Assembly (NCBI RefSeq): GCF_963921235.1
Contig: NC_086111.1
Location: 58,094,001 to 58,158,000 of the forward strand
Length of the DNA: 64,000 nt
Source: Mobula hypostoma
Lineage: Eukaryota
Reading direction: 5' to 3'
Shown: in pieces, positions 26,303 through 36,499 of the stretch
Numbering within the stretch: the first letter of the stretch is position 1
How the letters are laid out: each line of letters begins with the position of its first letter
Made by a program: the position numbers and the translations under genes
Notes under the pieces: model-generated
What the model was told of the DNA's origin: nothing
What the model saw: only the letters and a program-made list of their open reading frames with translations
The model's database searches: none

Positions 26303-28995
26303 TTTCCTGTTTCTTTATATTATAAGTAACATTTCTTAATAAAATTCAAAGAAAATATCTCACAGAAAGCAAGCAAACATAGTCCCATATATAAAATTGT
26401 TAAGTGAAACATCCAATTTTTAAAAACATGGGATGGTGCAAGGTCTTGAAAGGTACTACAAAAGTTTCTGCATTAATGCAGATGTATACTATTAGTTTTA
26501 ATGCTATGAAATCTTTTCCATATTTGGCCCAGCTTAATGACCCAGCAGGAATCCCACAGGATGAGCAATGTGGTCATCCTTCTGCACATCTGTCTCATGC
26601 TCTTTGCCAGAGTATTTATCTTCACATTAGCAGAACTAGAATCACTTATCTACCCATGTGGCCTTCAACTACATCTACATCAACGTAGATAACAGAGTCA
26701 GTGACTGGTATATACTGAGAGATTCCTGATAGATTCTGAAGAAAAAAAACATTATTCTGACACTTCATCTTCATTTCTGTCTCCATAAAATGCCGTTTGG
26801 CTAGATGGGCAATTCAAACATTTTTGCTTGTTTTTCATATGTTCTGGCATGTGTCTCTTGGATTCCTGAGGGAATCTGCAACATTGCTGGTTAAGTCCTA
26901 AAAATGGAACTAAGACACAAACTAAAGCAAGTAATTTCCAGTGAAACCTTTCCTTCACTGTTTCTCCAAATACAATTTCACAGTACACCGTGGATGGAGA
27001 TTGCTCTCTGTCATTAAAAGTAAGAATTAGGTCGACGGGCTGGTGTTAATAATGTCAAGAGCTGATCGCCAGTAATAGACTGCATCTGTAAACTTCCATT
27101 ATCATGGCAGTGGACCATCTGACTAATGAAACATTTCGAATAATTGTAATTCTCTATTTCCTTCAGAGGTTGATGAGATTCAATTGACTCAGCTAATCAA
27201 CCTAAACAAAATCAAACTCATGATAATACATCTGCATGTCCTTTATAAGAGCTTCTTCTGAGGTTTGAGATGGGCCACATAGAAGCCTATTAGTTACACA
27301 GCCTGTCATCACAATATTTCAAGGTTAATTTTGGTAATATGCTTGCTTATACCTGCCAGTAAATTAAACCCGAGCGGAGCTGATGCTGATGTCAACCTGC
27401 ACCTCACTTGATTATTACTCTAGTGTAAAAATATGGAAGATCAGACGGTTCTTCTACATCTCGGCAGGATGCTGGCATTTCTTCAGCTGGAAAATAATGA
27501 TAACAATGAAGAGCAAGCAAAAAATAATAGACCTTTAGAAATATCTGAAGTATTTTGACCAAAACGAAAGAAAATGGAGATGAAATTCACTTTGAACCAC
27601 TCTGGATAACAGGCACTAATTTATCATTTATCCTTGTACCCACTATTAAGTATTACATAGATTCACCATAACAGAAATATGAAGAGGTATTACAGCACTT
27701 AATGCACCATTAAAAACAACAGTTGCAATTTAAGGTTTAAAATAATTTTTGCTTGCATTTGGGTGCATAAACTATTAGTAGATGACAGGTGAGCGTAATT
27801 ATTTAATTCAATAAATTTAAATCAACAACTTTAGTTCTGCAATATTTTGTATTAAATCAACTGTTCTACAGAAATTACTTGAGGAATATATAAAAGCCTT
27901 GAAGAGACTAGCAGAACAAGAGGTGAAAGTACTGGAAAATGTGAAGATAGCAATATGAGGTGATGCACGTTTAGATGAAAGGAAACACCATCACTAACAA
28001 CCTCAAGTAAGAAATTGGCTAAGGTAGGTAATAGAGAAGAGAAGTGATGAAAACATAACAAGTGAACAAAGCATTGAATATGCTAATATCTTTCTTTAGA
28101 GAATTCAAAAGCAGCTATTTTAAATGTGTGCAAGTGCCTGGTCAGGCTACATTTGGAAGAGCAAATATGGATCTGATTATGGGGATAAATTTATCTTCAA
28201 TTATGCAGAAGACAATGAGGATTAATTTTGAAAGCTGAGTTCAAAGCACAGATACTACGGTATTGCACACCTAGCATTTATGACTGAGCTCAGACTTTGT
28301 CCTTTCACCCCAAATCCATAAAGTGTTCAAGAAAAAAACATGTTTCTCAATCAATCCACAAGTCATGAATAATAAAGACTGTGAAACAGCTAGCTAAAGG
28401 AATGCTTAGCTTCAGTGAAGGAAAGCAAGTCTAATTCACTCCCCTGAGTGCTTTGAACTTCAAAGATTTCCATAAGTTTCTTCTCTTTGATGTACATGCT
28501 CATAAAATTGTCTTGTTACTGTAATGTGTTGCTCTGTTCAGTATAAAATTTTCTCACCCTGCTCTGTCAGACTTTTTGTCCTTCCCAAACAATGATCTTG
28601 CATCTCTAATATCTCAAATAATGATGAGCTGGGGTAAAGGAAAGAGGTGGAGTACCTAGTGAAATGATGTCATGACAACAGCAGTTCCCTCAATGTCAGC
28701 AAAACGAAAGAGCTGATACTACAGTATCAGGAAGGGAGTTTGGTGCACATACTCCTGTCTTTATCAACATGCTGAGGTTGAGAATTTTAAAGTCCTCTGA
28801 GTGAGCATTACCAATAATCTGCCCTGGTCCAACCACACTCACAAGACAGTGAAGTAAGCTCACCATTGCCTCTTCATCATCAGGAGGAGGACCTCAACAT
28901 CCTGATGAAAGGTTTCATCCTGAAATGTTGACCGTTTATTCTTATCCATAGATGCTGCCTGGCCTGCTGAGTTCCTCCAGCATTTTGTGTGTATT

Positions 28996-29233
28996 TAAAC
29001 GCAAACAACAGGAATTCTGCAGATGCTGGAAATTCAAGCAACACACATCAAAGTTGCTGGTGAACGCAGCAGGCCAAGCAGCATCTGTAGGAAGAGGTGC
29101 AGTCGACGTTTCAGGTCGAGACCCATCCTTCAGTTAGTCCTGATGAAGGGTCTCGGCCTGAAACGTCGACTGCACCTCTTCCTACAGATGCTGCTTGGCC
29201 TGCTGCGTTCACCAGCAACTTTGATGTGTGTTG
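28996..29233. mobile_element. Young fold-back Penelope pseudo-LTR element
   Basis: Inverted arms 29039-29124 and 29148-29233 (86 bp, 1 mismatch); flanked by the 13-bp direct repeat TTTTGTGTGTATT at 28983-28995 and 29234-29246. Confidence 0.92.
29136..29171 (+). ncRNA. Minimal type I hammerhead ribozyme motif (Penelope-associated)
   Basis: agtc-CTGATGA-a-gggtctcggcct-GAAAC-GTC-gact: stem I agtc/gact, catalytic core, stem II hairpin, palindromic ACGT in place of stem III; predicted cleavage after C29167. Confidence 0.8.
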
Positions 29234-29719
29234 TTTTGTGTGTATTACTTTGCTTTCCAACATACGCAGATTTTCTCTTGTCCGTTCAGATGTATCTCAG
29301 TTTGGTATGACAACTGCTCTGCCAGTGACCACAAAAGACAGCAGAGAGTTGTAGACGCAGCTCAGCATTTCACAGAAACCAGCAACACACCCCCCCTCCA
29401 CCCCCGTGGATTCTCTTTATACTTGTTGCTGCCTCAGTAACCCAGCCAACATAATCAAAGTCCCCACGCACGCCAGACATTCTCTCTTTTCTCCCCACCA
29501 GGCAGGAGATAGAAAATTCTGAAAACACATACCACAAGGCTCAAAGACAACTTCTATCACGCTGTTATAAGACTATTAGACAGTTTCCTAGTGCAATAAG
29601 ATGGACTCCTGATCTCATAATCTATTTCATTATGATCTTGTATCTTATTGTCTGCCTGTACTGCAGTTTCTCAGTAACTGTAACACATTATTCTACACTC
29701 CATTATTGTTTGATCTTGT

Positions 29720-30115
29720 AGAGACAGACTCACAGTCAACAAAAGCAGGCCTTTCAGCCCATCTAGTGCATGCCAAACTGTTATTCTGCCTAGTCCCATC
29801 AACCTAAACGTGGACCACAGCTCTCCATACTCGTCCCATCTATGTACCAATCCAAACTTCTCTTAAACATTGCAATCGAACCCACATCCACCACTTCCAC
29901 TGGCTGCTCATTCCACACTCATACCACCCTCTTGATGAAGTTCCCCCTCATCTTCCCTTTTACCTTTCACCCTTAACCCAAGAGACATCCAGCTCTAGTC
30001 TCACCCAACCTCAATGGAAAAGGCCTGGTTGCATTTATTCTATATATAACCCTCATAATTTTGTATACCTTTATCAAATCTCCCCTCATTCTCATACGCT
30101 CTAGAGAATAAAGTG
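29720..30115 (-). mobile_element. CR1 3' end
   Basis: Antisense of LYSLERMRMRGDLIKVYKIMR..VWNEQPVEVV and the 3' UTR; related to the 22491 subfamily. Confidence 0.85.
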
Positions 30116-31658
30116 CTAGTTCATTGTCCCATCGCTATGAACTCTCATAATTAATTGATTTGTGTGAATAGGATGCAAGGAAGTTTTTTCACTGTACATG
30201 TGACTATAATAAATTAATTCACCAACTTTACTTAAAAATTGGGCAACCTTAGCTGGGTCAATATGGTTCAACTCTCCCACTGAAAATGTTGGAGATACAG
30301 ATTGCAGATATCATACCCATTCCTCATGAGGACTAGCGAACAGCAGCATCATCCACCCCTATCCCAACTTTCTCATCCTCACATTAATCAACCCTCTTTG
30401 GAACTTCATTAATGATCATTTTCATTTTAATCTATGCTAATTTTTGCAATTATGGGGTTTTTTTTTAAGGTAATTAAAACTGCTGAATGCTAGGGCAGTA
30501 ATGATTACACAAAAGCTGGATGCTGTAAATTAGATAGGCAAGGAGACTCCCACAGGCGTGACTAGCGACAATGTAGTACGGACTGAAACAGTGCAATTTG
30601 GGAATGGAGTGGCCCTGGCTATGAAATAGTGTTAAAAAAGGAATGTTACATTCCTTCCCCCTTCCCCCCCATGATTCAAGCTTTGGTCATAATCACATGT
30701 CTGTGAAGACTCATGGACATCTAAAATGAAGACACTATCCAGTAAGATAAAAGAAAACCATTCCTGTAACTTGTATAACCCATTGCAGGTGACATTCCAT
30801 TGTTTCAGAGAAACATTACATCATTAGAGTAACAAAGCATAAACATGAGAAATCCTGCAGATGTTGGAAATCCAAAGCAGCACACACAAAATGCTGGAGA
30901 ACTCAGCAGGTCAGGCAGCATTTTTGGAAATGAATAAACAATCAAAGTTTCAGGCTGAGACCCTTCATCAGTATTGAAATGGAAGGGGAAGATGGCAGAA
31001 TGAAAAGGTAGGGGGAGGGGATAGAGGCTAGCTAGAAGGTGAAAGGTGAAGCCATGGATGGGAAAGTAATAGGGCTGGAGAAGAAGGAATCTGATAGGAG
31101 AGGACCACAGGAGAAAGGCAAGGAGGAGGGGACCCAGGGAGAGGTGATAGACAGGTGAGAAGTAGTAAAAAGCCAGAGTGGGGAATGGCGGGGGGGGGGG
31201 AAGACACATAATAATTCCCGAAGCAGCCTCCTCTATATTGGTGAGATCCTTCATAAATTTGGGGACTACTTCACGAAGCACATCTGCTACTTGCCCCAAA
31301 AGCGAGACTCCTTGGTGGCCAAACATTTTAATTCCAATTCCCATTCCGACATGCCAGTCCATGGCCTCCCCTTGTGCCAAGATGAGACTACCCTCAGGGT
31401 GGAAGAGCAACACCTTATATTCCGTCTGGGCCTCCAATCTGACAGCATGTATATCAATTTGTCCTTCCGGTAAATTTTTTTCCCTCCCCCTCCCCTTTTC
31501 TTCTATTCCCCACTCTGGCCTTTAACCTCTTCTCACCTGCCTATCATCTACCCCTGGGTCCCCTCCTCTTTCCCTATCTCCTATGGTCCACTCTCCTATA
31601 TTATCTTATTCCGTCAACTCCAACCCTTCTCCTTTCCCACCCTCCTGGCTTCACCTAT

Positions 31659-34600
31659 TGGTATGCTTGTTCTTGATAAATTACAAAATTAAACTCTAAC
31701 ACATTTAGTAACAGTCATGGCTTCCAGCTCTACACTTTAGTGCTTTTGTTTCCAGTTCATCAACGACACTACCACTTCCAGGTAAACCACCCACACTGCA
31801 CACTGGGAACTGAAGTTCTTTATTATATGCACATATAATAGCTTATCTTCCCCGTTTAAAGCAAACAAACAATATTATGCCCTCACAAACCCGCAAGAAA
31901 CAATAACTCTTTCCAACAAAGATATTTACATTAACTGCTATTGTGATGAGCAAATACAATTCCCATTCACTCAGCTACTCTCAATCCATCTCTGTGGTGG
32001 CTTAATTATCCCTTTTGGATTGCTTTTTGTTTCCACAGATGTCTGAGTGTTCATTTCTGTCACATGCTTCTGCCAAGATCTTATCTATTCATCCCTGTTA
32101 TTGTTCCTGTTCTGTGACCATAATTTGCTCCACATACCTCATAATGGAGCCCTGAACTACATCCATGTGATCAGTAAGTCTTTGCATGTGTTCCCACTGA
32201 TTCTGTCTCAGTTCACAGAGCACCTGCTGTTGACTGCATGTCATAGATAGCAAGTGCTCCAAAAGTTTTTGTTCTGACTTTCAGGATTGCGTGGTCACTC
32301 CACTTTCCTTTTTATTTTTCCTCTTCAACTTCGGCAAGAATCGTGAAGACATTTTTGATTTCTAGTCTTAACTGGAAGTCAATAAGAAGCAGATTTTGAA
32401 CCACAATTACATGATCATCATCATAGCTTGTCACACCAGACAGCTAGCCACTCTAGTGTTGTTTGGTTGATGTTGAGCAAGTCAGTGTCAGCTGCATCAG
32501 GTGAGAGTGGGTAGTTACGCAGAACATGTTCGATGTTCCGCATCCTTTCACCACACTCACAGGATTCACTGGTCTTTAAACTCCACTTCACCATATTGTC
32601 TCCCGTCCTACAAACTCCCGCTCTCGCTCTGTTGAGAGCGCACCACTTCCGTCTGTCAAGTAGTGCCCCATCTGGCAACATTTCTGTGGGGTCTTGCACT
32701 GTATTGTTTGGTGGGTTCTGGCTTCTGTTTGTTGCCGGAGGTCAATCCTGTATGTTTGGGGGGATGTTCCGTGCAGTAGTTCCTCCACTGTAGCAAAGCT
32801 TTTCCTTGATTTTAGGCAGTTGGAAACTGGCATATGATGGTCAAGTGGGTGCTGGAAGGGATGACAATTGTGTGTTTTGTTTCAACTTTCAGAAGTTCCA
32901 TTGAGCCAGCTTGGATGTTTACTGTGCTCGTTACTATAGATTTATCTTTAACAAAGATTGCACGTCCATAAGTTTGGCTAGGGGTGTCAATAGCCAAGTG
33001 CATTCCTGGCACATACGGTTGGTTGTTCAGCCTATGAGTTTCTTGTATGCACAAGATGTCCGGTTTTAAGTTTGCCGGGATTTCTGCTTTACTCTGGCTG
33101 AAGTCTTCGATGTTGTGGCTAACGATTTTCATAATTTCCAGTGGGCCAAGGGTTTATCCTTTTACCACCCACTGGATCACTTGGTCTGGCACGTAATTAT
33201 ATGATGTCGAAACAAGACTAGCAACTTCTTCATCATGATCACTCTGTTCAGCACTGGCATCCTAGACTGTCATGCTGGTGTAGCTTATGTCTATGGGAGG
33301 TGGAGTTCTTGTGCTTCTCTTGCACAAGGATCTCTCTGGATCCCCAATGGTTGCTGTTACAAGTTTCTCGGGCTACATCGGGTAAACTTCCAAACCTCTC
33401 AGAGATATCTGCATACTCTTTATTGAGTGTTGCCTGGTCACCTTTGGTCTGTGAAGCCACAACATAAACTCTTTCCACCACGCTGAGCCTTTCACATGCA
33501 GTCAGAACTAATAATGGCTGTAGTCTCTTCTCAACAATCAGTAGCTGTGCCTTTAGGTGCTGCCCCTTGTGTTTGAGGGTCACTATACAGTCTCCTTTTA
33601 CTGGAACGTTCTCCCCGGTATAGCCTATCACTTTTAACATCACTGGGCAACTTTACTTTGAGAGTCATGCAATCATCCATGGTTAACAGATTCACCTGGG
33701 CTCCAGTGTCAAGCTTGAATGGGATAACTGTCTCACTCACAGACTCTGAAATGATCCACTCTGTTTTACCAGCACCACCAGTCTGAAAAGAATCTACAAA
33801 GACTTTTTCCACTTCCTCAACAACTGTGTGCACCCTTCTCTTGGTAGCCCCAACTTCGCAGCACTTTGCCAAATGATTTTTCTTCCCACAATTATTGCAG
33901 GACTTTCCATAAGCAGGATACATCTTTGGGATGTGCCTATCTCCCACATTTGCTGTTGGAGCCTACCTCTTTGCTATGCTGTTGGTTTGGGAAACATCTT
34001 GTACTCTGCCCTTCTGTTTTCACAGCAGGCAGTGGTGTTTCTGCTCTGTGCAGCTCCTTAGCTTGTGATTGTGTGGTCTCTGCTGCCCTACGCATACTCA
34101 CAGCCTTTTCTAGAGTCAAATCTTTTTCACAGAACAAGCTTTCTTTGAGCCCATGATCTGGGATTCCATAAACTATTTTGTCTCAGAAACTCACAGGTCT
34201 TACTCAGTGTGCGAAGCTCAGCTAAGTATTGGTTAAAGCTAATACCTTGTTTCTGTTCACAGGGAAGGAAATTGTACCTTTCAAATGTAATGTTTTTATT
34301 TGGGACCAAATACTCCTCAAATATTGTTATCAAAGTCTCCAATGTCAAAGCTGTCATCAATTTGAAAGCTGTTGTAGATGTCCAAAGCATATTCACCAAT
34401 TATGTATAGAAGGATAGATGCTTTCAATTCTTCCTCTACGCCACCAGCTCTACTTGCTGCTGAATATATACTGAATCACTGCTGAAGCATTTCCAGTTAC
34501 CAGTTAGGTTGCCGGTAAACTGCATGGGTGTTGGAGGACTTTGTTTATCCGTAAATGAATTTTTGGGCTTTCCTCACCTGAATCTCTTGGCGAACTTCTG

Positions 34601-34924
34601 GCCACAATGTACTCTGTTGCCTCCTTGGCCGACTTGCTGCGTCTCTTTTTGTTATCCATGTTGAAACTAGCATCTCTTTCACAGTCGGTCACAATATTCA
34701 TTTACGCTCTGTATTTAGACCTCACAACAACTTCTAACACCATTTTAAGTTTGTTCTTGATAAAAGACAATCTTTGCATCGGTTTAAACACTAACGCATT
34801 TATTAACAGTCATGGCTTCTAGCCCCACACTTTAGCTCGCGCTCTCAGTTCGCCAAAGTCACTTCCAGTTTCAGGTGAACTGCCGGCATTGCACACTGAG
34901 AACTGAAGTTCTTTATTATGTACA
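31659..34924 (-). mobile_element. Ty3/Gypsy (Mag-like) LTR retrotransposon, RT/RNase H/most of integrase deleted
   Basis: TG...CA ends with 5-bp TSD CCTAT (31654-31658, 34925-34929); LTRs about 31659-31845 and 34743-34924; PBS TGGTGTTAGAAGT at 34742-34730 (tRNA-Leu type); PPT aaacggggaaga at 31857-31846; gag PNKNITFERYNF, LTLEKAV, CNNCGKKNHLAKCC; protease FKLDTGAQVNLL; pol end SKRIIKPPQR-like near 32010. Confidence 0.93.
32418..33233 (-). mobile_element. RTE-X-like non-LTR element, internally deleted (APE N-terminus joined to C-terminal zinc finger)
   Basis: MKIVSHNIE..DILCIQETH..YGRAIFVK (ORF 32812-33132); LKSRKSF, KWCALNRARAGVCRT..MVKW..CECGE..EHVL (ORF 32421-32699); stop codon runs into a (TGA)n tail; flanking direct repeat CATGATCA at 32410-32417 and 33234-33241. 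Confidence 0.75.
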
Positions 34925-36159
34925 CCTATCACCTTCCGGCTGGCCTCATTCCCCTCCCCCAGCCCACCTTTTTATTATGGCGTCTTTCTCCTTCCATTTC
35001 AATCCTGAGGAAAGGTCTTGGCCCGAAACACTGACTGTTCATTTCCATAGGTGCTGCTTAACCTACCGAGTTCCTCCAGTATTTTGTGTATATCATTAGA
35101 GTAAATTCTTTTGGAAAATAACCTGTCTCACTTGTTCCTAAATAACATACAAACAGCAAAGTCTTTCATTATTCAAAACCTTCTCAACTTTACTGCTGAC
35201 TTTAGACTGAAGGACATAAAAATGGAATGAGCAATTACAGGTTACAAAGATTTTACAGTGCAGATACAACTGGTGTATATTAGTATTTATACTGCAAACA
35301 AGCCTGCTCCAAAGACATTTCATTTAAGTTACCAGAAATCTCTTCTATTCCCTTCTTCTGCATCTATTTATCTTGCTTTTCTTTAACTATTTACAACTCT
35401 CGCCTTAGTCTATCCACCTTCTTGCAGGTTCCACAGTGTAACTACCTTTTGTGAAAAAAAGATATTGAATTTATCTTGACAGTTTTACATTTAGTTTCCA
35501 TTTTCAGTTTCCTCCCAAATTAGAAACATCTTCTCTACCTCTACTGTTTCAAATCTCCTCATAACCTTGCACCTTTTGAATACCTCTATATTCTTTTTGC
35601 ATTATGTACACATTCCGACAGGAAACCATGGGTCAACAGAATCAGTTTTATTCAGTTTCTTGCGAAATGATGCAAATATTTCCCTAACAGTGGTCTGTAA
35701 CATATCTATTCATGTGGCATTGGTCACACTAACTCAAATCATACTGTAGTTTAATTACTTGCATTGAAAAGACATTCATGTTCAAGGTAACTGATTTAAA
35801 GTGAAGGTTCAGCTTCATATGAGAACAATAATTGTCCATTTATGTCCGGTGTCCACTCCCACTGCAGTGTCTCGTATATGTGGATTATTGTGCACACGCA
35901 GCTCCTAATTTTCTATCCAATAAAATTAACTTTCAATAGCTGGAAAATTATATGTCTTGCTCACCATGCCATTTCTCAATGTGTTTTCCCAGAGAATGAG
36001 ACTCCATGCAGTTTTAACACAAATGAAATATATACGTTCAGATGTACAACAGTTACATTGTGCAACTCGGTTCATTGTTTCCATTGAATTCCACATCCTG
36101 TTACAGTTTTGAAAGTAAAAACACTAAGTTTCATGGTTCAGTTGAGTGTGACTAAACAA

Positions 36160-36350
36160 TTCGTGCCTGAGGGGTCCTGGGTTCAATTACCAGTCTGTGC
36201 TGAAGTAGCCAATCACAGTCAGGGGGGTAGTGAGGGCTTATAAAATGAGATCACGAGCAGTGAGATCAAATCAATATGCAGTAACCCACCCCCTCTTGGA
36301 AGATTTAAATAACTGATCATAGAAAGAGAACGGTATCTGCCTTGATATGA
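36160..36350 (+). mobile_element. Possible ancient tRNA-derived SINE relic
   Basis: B-box-like gtcctgggttcaattaccagtctgtgctga; remainder highly diverged. Confidence 0.3.
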
Positions 36351-36499
36351 TTCATTCAGCATATCAGACCCACTATTATTTGCATTCTATTTCCTCTTTA
36401 TACCCTCTAGGCAAGATTTCTGTATGGGAGAGGGTTTTAAATACCAGTGAAAAATGTTATACATCTTTTTGAGCTAATATTTGATTATGACAAGCGTAT

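Larger units (their letters stand above)
28620..30215 (+). mobile_element. Old Rex1/Babar LINE fragmented by Penelope (28895-29285) and CR1 (29720-30115) insertions
   Basis: LNVSKTKELI at 28690-28720; WYDNCSASD..QRVVDAAQH at 29300-29370; RLKDNFY.AVIRLL at 29535-29580; tail tttttcactgtacatgtgactataat near 30185-30210. Confidence 0.75.
30840..35095 (+). mobile_element. Penelope-like element (inverted 5' pseudo-LTR, GIY-YIG C-terminus, 3' pseudo-LTR), split by a Gypsy insertion
   Basis: Inverted segment 30840-31205; LLYIGE, VAKHFNS.SHSDM.VHGL..EEQHLIFRLG at 31225-31473; sequence resumes after 34924 (cctatcaccttcc..ctgaggaaaggtcttggcccgaaac..gagttcctccag). Confidence 0.9.

Noticed and set aside
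30805-31437. 210-aa minus-strand ORF, and likewise 48393-49001 (+, 202 aa)
   Set aside because: Chance open frames running across purine/pyrimidine-skewed Penelope inverted segments, with no recognisable domain.
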